Of a DNA stretch of 64,000 bases, positions 24,635 through 37,094 are shown piece after piece. How positions within the stretch are numbered: position 1 is the first letter of the stretch; each line of letters begins with the position of its first letter. The stretch is from Leucoraja erinacea. Its lineage: Eukaryota. Position numbers and translations under genes: made by a program. The DNA lies in contig NW_026576274.1 in the NCBI RefSeq assembly GCF_028641065.1, forward strand, positions 62,001 through 126,000, written 5' to 3'. Under the pieces are notes generated by a model that was not told the DNA's origin, made no database searches, and worked only from the letters and a program-made list of their open reading frames with translations.

Positions 24635-25949
24635 ACCATATAACCATATAACAATTACAGCACGGAAACAGGCCATCTCGACCCTTCTAGTCCGTGCCGA
24701 ACACATAATCTCCCCTAGTCCCATATACTTGCGCTCAGACCATAACCCTCCATTCCCTTCCCATCCATATAACTATTCAATTTATTTTTAAATGATAAAA
24801 ACGAACCTGCCTCCACCACCTTCACTGGAAGCTCATTCCACACAGCTACCACTCTCTGAGTAAAGACGTTCCCCCTCATGTTACCCCTAAACTTCAGTCC
24901 CTTAATTCTCATGTCATGTCCCCTTGTTTGAATCTTCCCTACTCTCAGTGGGAAAAGCTTTTCCATGTCAACTCTGTCTACCCCTCTCATCATTTAAAAT
25001 ACCTCTATCAAGTCCCCCCCTTAACCTTCTGCGCTCCAAAGAATAAAGCCCTAACTTGTTCAACCTTTCTCTGTAACTTAGTTGCTGAAATCCAGGCAAC
25101 ATTCTAGTAAATCTCCTCTGTACTCTCTCTATTTTGTTGATATTCTTCCTATAATTAGGCGACCAAAATTGTACACCATACTCCAGAATTGGCCTCACCA
25201 ATGCCTTGTACAATTTTAACATTACATCCCAACTTCTATACTCAATGCTCTGATTTATAAAGGCCAGCACACCAAAAGCTTTCTTTACCACCCTATCTAC
25301 ATGTGATTCCACTTTCAGGGAACTGGGCACAGTTATTCCCAGATCCCTCTGTTCACCTACATTCTTCAATTCCCTACCATTTACCATGTACGTCCTATTT
25401 TAATTTGTCCTGCCAAGATGTAGCACCTCACACTTATCAGCATTAAACTCCATCTGCCATCTTTCAGCCCACTCTTCCAACTGGCATAAATCTCTCTGTA
25501 GACTTTGAAACTCTACTTCATTACCCGCAACCCCACCTATCTTAGTATCATCTGCATACTTACTAATCCAATTTACCACACCATCATCCAGATCATTGAT
25601 GTACATGACAAACAACAGTGGACCCAACACAGATCCCTGTGGAACCCCACTCGTCACTGGCCTCCAACCTGACAAACAACCATCCACCATTACTCTCTGG
25701 CATCTCCCATTCAGCCACTGTTGAATCCATCTTGCTACTCCACCATTAATACCCAACCATTGAACCTTCTTAACCAACCTTCCATGAGGAACCTTGTCAA
25801 AGGCCTTACTGAAGTCCATATACACAACATCCACTGCTTTACCCTCATCAATTTCCCGAGTAACATCTTCAAAAAATTCAAGAAGATTAGTTAAACATGA
25901 CCTTCCAGGCACAAATCCATGTTGACTGTTCCTAATCAGACCCTGTTCC
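24635..25949 (-). mobile_element. CR1 LINE subfamily B 3' portion (RT to tail)
   Basis: [36 protein letters not shown], and a (GTTATATG)n tail. Confidence 0.95.
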
Positions 25950-27240
25950 AGTGGTCTATAATGTACATTGTGGGCCGAATGGATTCGTTGGCTGGCAGCT
26001 TCGTCACTCAAGTATGTTGTGCTGGCAGCTCACTCACTCACGGCAGGTGAGCTGGCAGTTGACTCACAGCTATTCCTTGAAATTCCATTTCAAGCAGGGT
26101 GCAATGACACCAAATTCAAGAACAGTTTCATATCATTTCAAGCAGGGGGCTAGGACACTAAAGACAGCGAGTCGTGACATCTCCCTCCTCCATCTTGCAG
26201 AGACTGAGCCCACTCTTCTGGGTTTTATAGTTCCTCCGCCATCCCGCGAGATGGAGCGTGGCCTTTTTTGGCGTGATTTGCAGGGGAGAGAACTCTCAAC
26301 ATTTAATAAGCACTAATATTTATTTCATTTTTCATCGATGGGAAAAATCCTCCTCAGCTGATGAGCGGACGGGGACTCTGAGTAAAATGGCGAAAATCAC
26401 AGCCGTACGTGGTAGCGTTTTATTCTAAAATCAATATAAAGCGCAAACCGGAAGAGGTCAAGATTAGACTTTTAATTAAATAGAAGGCGGCAACTTTAAA
26501 TGGGCAAGGCAACTTTACTTAAGCACGGCAACCTTATTTAGGCAAGGCAACTTTAATTATGCAAGGCAACTTTAATTAATCAAGGCTAATTTAATTAGGC
26601 AAGGCAACTTTAATTAGGCAACACAGCTTTACCATTTCCAAATCAAAGGCAACATTGCTTTACAATTTCCAAACCAAAGGCAACACAGCTTTTTATGTAA
26701 TATATAATATAATATATTTTATTATGATATAATGTATGATATATAATAATATAACATTTTAATATAATATTTAATATAAAAATATTGATTATGGATAGAC
26801 AATAACACCACATATAGACGATTTAGATCCACTTATGACATGATTGTCCAGAAAAAAAGAGAATTTTAATCATCTTGCTGTGGTCGTTTGTGGAATGCGA
26901 TCTATTGCACTGTTGCAGTTGCCGTGAATTTTAACCCCATATCGGCAGACAAGTCATGGCCAAATCGTTCGGGGACTAAGTGACATTTTCGTAATGCAAA
27001 ATTGGACTAAAGCCACACCAAGAAGCAAGATTATATGTGAAATATACGACGTGCCCTTTTTTTGTAACAGATATTGCGCTCAGTCGTTTAGGGCGTTCGG
27101 CGTCGTTTTTTACTTTAATCGAACTATTAAATTGTCCAGCGATTTTTAAACCGAGAACAGAAGTCCGATCGATTTTTCTTCATCGACTAGCAACCCGAGG
27201 AAATCCCTCTCCGGCAAGCTATACAAACCTGCATTTAAAC

Positions 27241-27273
<33 letters not shown>

Positions 27274-27364
27274 ACCTCCTCTCCTCAAAGGCGCCAGAGT
27301 CGCACACACAGGCAGTGTCAGATCAGCAGCGCCGTTGAAGGTAGGTTTTGTAACATCGCCACCT
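25950..27364. repeat. Probable non-autonomous DNA transposon remnant with internal 15-bp (aggcaactttaatt) tandem array and AT-rich core
   Basis: Tandem array at 26485-26625, AT block at 26695-26790, and a terminus-like ttttgtaacatcgccacct. The partner terminus is not seen. Confidence 0.35.
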
Positions 27365-29085
27365 CTCGTCCTAGACTCTCAAGCTAGTGGAAACATCTTC
27401 TACACGTCCAATCTATCCAATAATTTAACTATTCTGTATGTTTAAACGATGCCATCCCTTATACTTCTAAACTCCAGCGAGTACATGCCCAATGCTGACA
27501 AACGGCCATCATATGTTAATTTACTAATTTATGGCATTATTCTTATAATCCTCTTCCGGACACTCTCCGGAACCAACACTTGCTGCTTCAGTTATGATGC
27601 CCAAAATTGCTCACAATATGCCAAATGCGGCCTCACTAGCACCTTATGGAACCTCAACATTACATTCCTGTTCAAGTCCTCTTGAAATATTCACTTGAGC
27701 TTGCTTTCTTTACTACCGATTGGACTTGAAGAGTAACCTTTTGGGAATCATGCACCAGCACTCCTTGCAACCTCAATTTCTAGATTATCATCCCATTTAG
27801 AAAATAATCTACACATTTATTCCGACTTATATCAAAACGCACGACTCCACACTTTGCTGCATTCTATTGCATCTGCCACTTATGTGCCCTCCCTCCCAAC
27901 CTGTCCAAGTCCTTTTGCAGAGTCCCTGCTTTCTCTAAACGACCCGCCCTTCTACCTATTATCGTATCATCCACACACGGTGCCAATAAGCCTTCAATCC
28001 ATCGTCCAGATCATTAATAAACAAGTGAAGAGTAGCGGTCTGAGCACTCTTGCGCAACTCCAGCAGTAACTAGCAACCAACCCGCTTAATTCCTGATCTT
28101 TGTCGTCTGCAATCCAACCAATCTGCTATCGATGCAAGTATCTGCCGTTTGATACCGTGGACTCGCATGTTCCTTAGCACCCTCACGCGTGGCACCTGAT
28201 GAGAGGCTTTCTGAAAATCAAAGTAAACAACATCTACTGACTCTCCTTTGTCTGTCCTCTTATTTGCAAGGAACTCCAGCAACTTTGTCAAGCAAGACCT
28301 TCACTTAATAAATCCATGCTGACTTCGACCTCTTTTATCGTGAACTTCTAAGTACTCCGTAATTTATTTCTTTATAATGGACTCAATATTCTCACCAACC
28401 ACCGGTTAAACTAACCGGCCTATAGTTCCCACATTTCCACCTTGCTCCCTATTTGTAAGGTGAGTGATATTGGCTATTTTCTGATCATCTGGACCACTCC
28501 TGACTCTAGTGATACGTGACATATCACTGTCAATGCCTCCACAATCTCCAGATCCACCTATTTCATAACCCGATGGTGCAGTCCATCTGGCCCAGGTTAC
28601 ATGTCCACTTTCAGCTTCCCAAGCACATTCTCCCTGGTAATAGCCACTACAGTAATTTACACCCAGTGACTCTCCTGAATTTCAGGCACATTGCTGGTGT
28701 GTTCCACTGTGAAGACTGATGCAAAACATTATTCAACTCCTCTGCATTCGGTTATTCCCACTATCACTTCTCCTGCATCGTTCTCCAGTGGTCCAAAGTC
28801 CACTCTTGCCCCCCTCTTGCTCTTTAGATAACTGAAGAAACTCTTGCTATCCTATTTTAGATTATTGCCTGGTTTACCTTCGTCTTTCATCTTTTCTGTC
28901 CGTATTGTCTTTATCGTTACCATTTGCTGTTCTCTACAATGTATCCAGTCCTCTGGCTTCCCAATAATTTTTGCCTTCTCTTTTAGGTTTGTAGTGTCCT
29001 TGACTTCCCTTGTCAGGCACGGTCACCTCTCCCCCCCCCCCCCCCCTAAAATGTTTCTTCTTTTTTTGGCCACAAGGCTGTAGTT
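27365..29085 (-). mobile_element. Old degraded CR1 ORF2 fragment
   Basis: LLEFL..DKGESVDVVYFDFQKA, EYCEQFW and YRPVSL remnants on the minus strand. Confidence 0.75.
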
Positions 29086-31830
29086 CCTGCCTCTCGACAC
29101 AGCAAATATTTTGACGCCTCACAATACGATTTAGGCAGCTTGCATCCAGGACGATGGTAACGGCAACACGCCTGTTTCCTCTGCTTCGCGCACCATGACA
29201 AACACGGAACAGCGCTTCGCCCAAATTGAAAATGTGTTGCCATTGCTCATTTACGCATGCAATAAGTTTAATGCTTTATATGCGGGAATTCTGTCACGAT
29301 GAAACTGACCACCAATCCCTGATCAGCATCTTGAACAAACCAATACACGCCTCTCCATGAGGCCTTCAGCGGATGTTACTACAGTTTCCGAAGTATGACA
29401 TTGTTCTGACCGACGTACCAGGCAAGGACATGCACCTAGCTGACACGCTCCCGCGTGCTACTTGAAATACCTGAGAAGGTCCATCCTCACCAGATGACGG
29501 TTTTGTAGTAAAGACTGTTTTCTTTATTACCTCGCCCTACTTGGAGGACCTGGTGACCCACACTGCTGCTGACGATTGTTTCAACCCTACGTTCGATTTC
29601 TTCCGTCATTAAGCGCGTATAGTTCCCACTATTCTATCTTGCTCCCTTTGTGTAAGGTGTGGTCATATGCTCTATTTTGTAATCATCTGTAACCACTCCT
29701 GACTCTATTGATACGTGGAACATCACTATCAATGCCTCCACAATTGGCCTGACAATACAATCTACCACTTCCAGTTCTGCCCATCTTTGCTGTCCGTGAT
29801 TAACTAGTGCTACAAGGTGACATTATCGTAAAAGGCCGCAAAGTATTTGGACTGTCAATGTGGGACACCCAAGCGCCGAATCAGCTGTCCTACGAGCAAA
29901 ACAACATGTTTTACTGGCCTGGCATTACTGATTACATTCACGAGAAGGTGAAATCGTGTGCAGTGTGCAACAATTGGCACCGCATCAACAAAAGCAACCA
30001 TTTCTCTCACTCACGGTTCCTGCCGTTCCGTGGTCCACAGTGGTAAGCGACATATTTGAGTGGCATGGCAACAGTACCTGGTTCTTGTCGACTCGTATTC
30101 TGGTTGGTTTGACATCGATCTTCTTACTACCCTCACTTCGCATGGGGTAGTTCAAAAGCTGGCTCGCCATTTCTCAGACCATGGAGTTCCATGAAAACTA
30201 CTATCTGATATGGCAGTCAATTTACCAGCCAGTACTTCAAGGACTTTCCTGCACACTGGGGTTTTCGTCACTTCACCAGCAGCCCTGAATACCCACAGTC
30301 GAATGGGCTGACTGAACCTGCCAAATAGTTGTGCCAAACAGTTAATGTTACAATCCCACAGAGAAAAATCTAACGTGTCCTAAAACCGGCTTAACCTGCG
30401 CAAAATCTCCCGCGATCCTATCTTGGTTTCAACCGCTCAGCGTCTGATGTCGGCAGACCTGAGCCACATTGCCTGCGGCGAATCAGGCACTAGTTCCGCA
30501 AGCGCTCCCACCATCAGAGGTCCAGTCCAGACGACAACACAAGTGTGCCATTCGGAAAGGGTGGTATCACAAAACGAGCAGACCACTACCACCACTTGCC
30601 GAAGGGCAATCGGCGGGTCAGCAAACCGATAAAGGTCACGACAGCATCGGCGTAATTTCTGGAACTGTCTCCGAGCCACGTTCATACTTGGTCAATGCCG
30701 ATGGCGGTACCTACAGGCGTAACAGGCAACATATCCTGTCTGTGAGTGAACCAGCACCACCTCCGTACTATCCTGGCCGTACACGTGTACTTCCATCCAC
30801 GTCCAGCGGCATCGGCCCGACTGCCCAGCATGTCAACCTGTTTCTGATACGGTTACTTTGCCGGTCCTCCACATGTGCCAAAGTCTCCTGTTTCTTCACC
30901 AGGGATGCCGTTTCAATCTCCGACACCTATTCACCATCGACCGGTGTGTCCGGTGAAGGAAGGAATATATCGTACACGTGCTGGTCGAGTTTGTTTGCCG
31001 GCCGTAAAGTACCCGAGCTAAGTTTGAACTTCCTCAAGTTTATTGCCATATTCTATGTGTGTTTATATAGTCGGTAGTATAAATCTGAGGAAAGACATTC
31101 TTGACATAGAGGGAGTGCAGAGACGTTTCACCAGACTGATTACTGGGATGTCAAGCCTTTCATATGAAGAAAGAGTGGGTAGACTGGGCTTGTACTAGCT
31201 AGAATTTAGAAGTTTGAGGGGGGATCTCATAGAAACCTACACAATTCTTAAGGGCTAGATGCAGGAAGATTGTTCCCGATGTTGGAGAGATCCAGGACAC
31301 GGGGTCTCAGTTTAAGAATAAAGGGGAAATCCTTGTTTTTAAATCCTTTGGGACCGAGATGAGATAAACATTTTTCACACAGAGAGTGGTGAGTTCCTGG
31401 AACTTTCTGCCACAGTAGGTAGTTGAGGCCAGTTCATTGGTTATATTTAAGAGGGAGTTAGATTTGGCCCTTGTGGCTAAAGGGATCAGGAGGTATGGAG
31501 AGAAGGCAGGATAACGAGTTGGATGATCTGCCATGATCATATTGAACGACGGTGCAGGCTCGAAGGGCCGAATGACATACTCCTGCACCTATTTTCAATG
31601 TTTCTATGTTTCTATACGTTCTATTTAATTCTTAGTAGTACTCATTAGCTTTACATTTGCTTTTCATTCTTCAAGCGGGAGGATGTAGTTTAGTGTCCCT
31701 CATAATGTGGCTCCGCCCACATGCTTATTAAAGCGCGCTCTCCCTCTCTCTCTGGTAGAATCGTAGTAAGCATGCTGATAGGAAAGCACTGTTGTGTTTC
31801 CTCTGCAGAATTGCGAATACAATACGATGG
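29085..31830 (+). mobile_element. Ty3/Gypsy remnant 1 (RNase H, integrase, PPT and start of 3' LTR)
   Basis: DASQY, ASRTMTNTEQRFAQIE, TDHQSL, PGKDMHLADTL, FYWPGI..CAVC, PWSTVVSDIFEW, TSSPEYPQSNG, EPRSYLV..YRRNRQH. PPT aagcgggagga is followed by TG at 31684. Confidence 0.85.
31076..31615 (+). mobile_element. CR1 subfamily A 3' fragment nested in Gypsy
   Basis: Colinear with ~11860-12384; (tttctatg) tail. Confidence 0.9.
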
Positions 31831-33421
31831 ATTCTAATCACTATGTGTGAATTTGATCACCAAATGAGTCATACATCCATTTACTTCATTGTGAATGTTC
31901 TGGGCATTCAGATACTTTATCGTGAATTCAGAAGCAGTATGTTTAATGTTATGGTTTTGATATTTTTGTTTTGAATCTTTCACTTTTTTACCTTCTTTCC
32001 CAGTTATTTTGCTGAATACTATTACACATACTCCCTGCTGTTTCCCTTTCCCCAATGCTGAATTCCCTTCACTGTTCCCATTTTCTTACTGAGCTTGTAT
32101 AACATCTCCCCGTAGCACTAATAAACCCATTGCAAAAGTATTGCGTTTTTCCCACCTATTCCACTAAAGGCTCCAAAGACTCATAGATCAATGTATCCAT
32201 TTACTCATGCATGTCCTTTATATTATAATCTATATACTTAATAGTGTATTGCCTAGATGTAATCTGAAGGTTATAATCTTTGAGGTCATTATTTTTTTTA
32301 ATATAATATTTCCCGGTAACCTAAAGTCTATTTCAAGAACTTCCCTTTTTCTACTGGCGTTCTTAGTGTATTGACCCCACCTATGTTTTGCCTTTACTTT
32401 CAGAATCAATTAGCAATCAATTATGTATTTGACATTGTCACCAAGGACCCAACTAAATGCCCTGGAGCCTCAATTACAGGTACCACTATCCCAGTATGTA
32501 CCCCTATCTATAGAATCTTCTGCAATTATGACTGTCTTACTCTTCTTTCTTGGGTTAAAATGGCGTTTACTTTAGTTTACAGATATGTATGTTCCCAGTT
32601 CTGATTGCACTAATCTAACAGCCTCATCCTCCCATCACCAGCAGTACATTAGAGCAGCACAGCAGCTTCATTTTGGTTTGACTGCGCTTGGTGTATAGTG
32701 TGCAGTACCTGTTGCCCCATTACAGGACGCACGTGGAGAGCTTGGAGAGGATGATGACTAGATTTAGGTCTATTAGGTACAAGGAGAGATCGGACATATT
32801 GATTGTTTCCACGGGAATAACAAAGGTTGCGAGGAGACCTGATAAAATAAGATAATAGTAAGGGGCACAGATCGGGGAGACAGTCTGAATATTTCCCCCG
32901 GATGCAAAAATCAAATATCAGAGGGCATTGCTTTATGGTGGGTGGAGATGAGTTTAAAGGAGAGAGTCATACAGCATGGAATCCTTCGGCCCAACATGTC
33001 CATGCCGACCAAGATGTCCCATCTTCAATAGTCCTATTTGTCCACATTTATACCATATCCCTTTAAACCTTTCCTATCCATGTACCTGTCCAAATCTATT
33101 TTTAAGGTTTATTATCTCCAGCCTGAACTGCCTCCTCTGGCAGCTGGTTCCAAATATCCACCATTCTCTGTGAGCAAAAGTTGTCCACGAGTCCCCACAA
33201 AATCTTTACCCTCTCACCTTAAACTTTGCTGACATCTCACCTTTAACATTGCTGACCTCTCAGCTTAAACATTGCTCTCCGTGTCCTCTATTTCTTGATA
33301 TTCCTTCCTCTGGGGAAAGGCCTCTGTTCGTCTACCTAATCTTTCCCCGAATGGACTTATACACCTCTGCAAGATCACCCCTCATCATCCTGCGTTCCAA
33401 GGAATAAAGCACTGGCCTGCC

Positions 33422-33561
33422 CTTCTTATTCTTGCGTATGGCTGCACAGCCTAAAGTTACAGGACAACTTGTTCTATTTGATTTTATTTGATTGTGCACG
33501 CCAAATTGATTGCATTCGTCGAAACAGGGCGGACTACGTGAAGGTTGTAATCTCCCACCCC
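33422..33561 (-). mobile_element. 140-bp ribozyme-headed non-autonomous retroelement, copy B
   Basis: TSD actggcctgYc (33411-33421 / 33562-33572) and AAG-type tail; homologous to 49977-50114. Confidence 0.85.
33508..33561 (-). ncRNA. Minimal HDV-like ribozyme (copy B)
   Basis: GGGGTGG-GA-GATTACA-ACC-TTCACGT-AGT-CCGCCCT-G-TTTCGA-CGAA-TGCAATC = P1, J1/2, P2, P3, L3, P3', P1', P1.1, mini-P4, J4/2, P2'. Confidence 0.75.
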
Positions 33562-33799
33562 ACTGGCCTGTCCGACCTCGTCCAATTGTTCAAGCACTCA
33601 AGCCTTCAAGCCCTGGCAACATCCTCATAAATCCTCTCTGCAGCCTTTCCTTCTTAACAACATACCTCCTATAACAGGGTGACCAAAACTGAACACTATA
33701 ATCCAAATGCAGCCACACCAGCATATTGTGCACCTGTAAACCGACAACGTCCACACTGAATACCCTTGCTGGTGAAGGCCAATGTTGGGGCCGTCTTCT

Positions 33800-35306
33800 T
33801 ACGATACTTATGATCAAATGTCATTAGAAACGGGACTAGTCCCCGGGGATTGGCGTACTGCGCATGTTGTTCCATTGTTTAAAAAGAGTTCTAAGAGTAA
33901 ACCTAGCAATTATAGACCTGTTAGTTTGACTTCAGTGGTGGGCAAATTAATGAAAATATACTTAGAGATAATATATATAAGCATTGGATAAACAGGGTCT
34001 GATTAGGAACAGTCAACTTGGATTTGTGCCTGGAAGGTCATGTTTGACAAGTCTTCTTGAATTTTTTGAAGAGGTTACTAGGGAAATTGACGAGGGTAAA
34101 GCAGTGGATGCTGTCTATATGGACTTTAGTAAGGCCTTTGACAAGGTTCCTCATGGACGGTTGGTTAAGAAGGTTATACTGTTTGGTATAAATGCAGCAG
34201 TAGCAAGATGGATTCAACAGTGGCTGAATGGGAGACTACAGAGGGTAATGGTGGATGGCTGTTTGTCCGGTTGGAGGCAGGTGACTAGTGGGGTGCCTCA
34301 GGGATCTGTGTTGTGTCCTTTGTTGTTTGCCATGTACATCAATGATCTGGATGAAGGTGTGGTAAATTGGATTACTAAGTATGCAGATTATACCAAGATA
34401 GGGGGTGTTGTGGATAACGGAGAGGATTCCCAATGTCTACAGAGTGATTTAGGCCATTTGGAAGAATGGGCTGAAAGATGGCAGATGTAGTTTAATGCTG
34501 ATAAAGGTGAGGTGCTATACCTTGGCAGGACAAATCAAAATAGGACGTACATGGTAAATGGTAGGGAATTGAAGAATACAGTTGAACAGAGGGATCTGGG
34601 AATAACCGTGCATAATTCCTTGAAGGTGGAATCTCATATAGACACGGTGGTAAAGATATATTTTGGTATGTTAGCCTTTATAAATCAGAGCGTTGAGTAT
34701 AGAAACTGGGATGTAATGTTAAAATTGTACAGGACATTAGTGAGACCAAATCTGGAGTATGGTGTACAATTTTGGTCGCCCAATTATAGGAAGGATGTCA
34801 ACAAAATAGAGAGAGTACAGAGGTGATTTACTAGAATGTTGCCTGGGTTTCAACAACTAAGTTACAGAGAAAGGTTGAATAAGTTGGGTCTTTATTCTCT
34901 GGAGCGAAGAAGGTTAAGTGGGGACTAGATAGAGGTCCTTAAAATGATGAGAGGGGTAGACAGAGTTGACGTGGACAAGCTTTTCCCTTTGAGAATAGGG
35001 AAGATTCAAACAAGAAGACATGACTTCAGAATTAAGGGACAGAAGTTTATGGGTAACATGAGGGGGAACTTCTTTACTCAGAGAGTGGTAGCGGTGTGGA
35101 ATGAGCTTCCAGTGGACGTGGTGGAGGCACGTTCGTTGGTATCAATTAAAAATAAATGTGGATAGGCATATGGATGAGAAGGGAATGGAGGGTTATGGTA
35201 TGAGTGCAGGTAGGTGGGACTAAGGGCAAATAATTGTTCGGCACGGACTTGTAGGGCCGAGATGGCCTGTTTCCGTGCTGTAATTGGTATATGGTTATAT
35301 GGTTAT
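33800..35306 (+). mobile_element. CR1 LINE subfamily B 3' portion
   Basis: NYRPVSLTS, DFSKAFDKVPH, GVPQGS and a (gttatatg) tail; same family as 24635-25949. Confidence 0.95.
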
Positions 35307-35559
35307 ACGAAACGATAGAACTTTATTTATCGCAGGAGGGAAAATGTTCTGTCAACAGTCATAAAACACCATATACATGAAATTAAAGTTACGAGTGGAA
35401 AGTTATACTCTTCTGTGATCCCATTAAATCCACATTGCTCGCATGATAGTCATGACGTCTATTGTAATACAGTTTTAGTTCATTAGTACATGGTTTTGTA
35501 TCTGACCAGCCACACAAAGTTCTACATACATTGTAATTTTGCACCGTGTTTTTGGAGGT

Positions 35560-35869
35560 TAGTTTTTGAGTTTAGTTTAGAAGCGCGGAAACAGGTCTTT
35601 GGCCTACAGTGCCCGTGCCGACCAGCGATCGCTGTGCACTAACGCGATCCTACACAGAGTGGACAATTTAAAAGTTTTACCCCGAAAGTATCAACCAACA
35701 AACCTGTACGTCTGTGGAATGAGGGACGAAACCGGAGCTCCCGGAGAAAAGCCACGCTGATCACGGGGAGAACGTACAAACGCTCTGCATACAGCAGCCG
35801 TAGTCCGGACCGGATCCGGGTCTCAGGCGCTGTAAGACAGCAACTCAATCGCAGCGCAACCATGCCGCC
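35560..35869 (-). mobile_element. tRNA-derived V-SINE (HE1-like)
   Basis: On minus: ggcggcatggttgcgc head, V-domain tttgtacgttctccccgtg...tttctccgggagctccggtttc, CR1-like 3' end and (ctaaa) tail. Confidence 0.8.
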
Positions 35870-36229
35870 ATGATTCAGCGGCAACTTCCTGCCCACTGCT
35901 TCTCTATCTTGGATAATGCCCACAGTGGCGGCATCTGGTTTTAGGGACACAAGCGCGCTAATACATAAGCGATAGAATTTTGTTTCGAGCTGCGATATTC
36001 TATGCCCTGGTCATACGGCGCCAGGGAAAGTGCATATCGCTGCACACCCGAGACTCCCATTGTCAGTATGCGTGATGCAAACGTCAAAGGCGTTTAAAGC
36101 CCATCATCTATCACGAGTGAAATCCCAGTCCACAACTTCACACATCGCAAATTAACTCTCCCTAACAAATTAGCTCGCGATTTATATCCCAATGAACAAG
36201 TAATTCCAGAACGAGTGGGTGTGAGCTAT

Positions 36230-36725
36230 GGGTAGAGCTTGAGTAGGCTGGGTCTTTAATCCTTGGAGCGCAGGAGTATAAGGGGTGGTCTTATAAAGGT
36301 ATATACAATCATGAGAGCTTGAGTAGGCTGGGTCTTTAATCCTTGGAGCGCAGGAGTATAAGGGGTGGTCTTATAAAGGTATATACAATCATGAGAGGAA
36401 TAGATCGGTTACATGCACAGAGTATCTTGCCCAGAGAAGTGGAAACGTGGACCAGAGGATATAGGTTCAAGTTGAAAGGGAAAATGTTTAATAGGAATCT
36501 GAGGGGTAATTTTTTCACAAAGGGTGGTTGGTGCATGGAACAAGCTGCCAGAGGGGGAACTTGAGGTCGGGACCATCACAAAGTTTAAGAAACAAAACAG
36601 GTACATGGATAAGACAGCTTTGGGGGACATGGTCCAAGTGCAAGCGGGTGGGACACGTGTAGACATACCATGTTGGCCGTTGTGCGCAAGTTGGACCGAA
36701 GGGCCTGTTTACATACTCTAATGCA
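36230..36725 (+). mobile_element. CR1-type 3' fragment with an exact ~80-bp tandem duplication
   Basis: LERRSIRGGLIKVY..TRGYRFKL. The segment gagcttgagtagg...caatcatgaga occurs twice (36235, 36315). Confidence 0.8.
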
Positions 36726-37094
36726 TCACTACTCAAACATCTATTGCATGCATCATAAGCATGCTGTTCCTCTTTGGATTCCATTTTATAATGTTTTCAA
36801 CTACCCGTGGATCTGGGTTTATTGCTAAATCGGGATGTAATACTATACACTGCCCAGGATAGAGAGGTTATGAAATATTTTGCGGTGTTCTGGCATTTGC
36901 CGTAGCTTCAATATTTTTCTTCACTGTTTGTAGTCCACGTCTATCTACTTTCAAATGAAGATACACGACCTCGGATTGCAAGAATGCACATTTCCAACAT
37001 ATTCGCGTCACTGATAAGATAGGAATTTATAACGAATCAAATCATATCATTTGTTACTGAGTTCGTAAACGTACAGCTTTAATATTTACATTTT

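Larger units (their letters stand above)
31830..33790. mobile_element. Mixed old CR1-type fragments
   Basis: YLNAQNIHN (EN start, -) and HLDYSVQFWSP..LQRGFMRMLPGL (-), plus a + strand 3' piece at 32700-32960. Confidence 0.55.
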
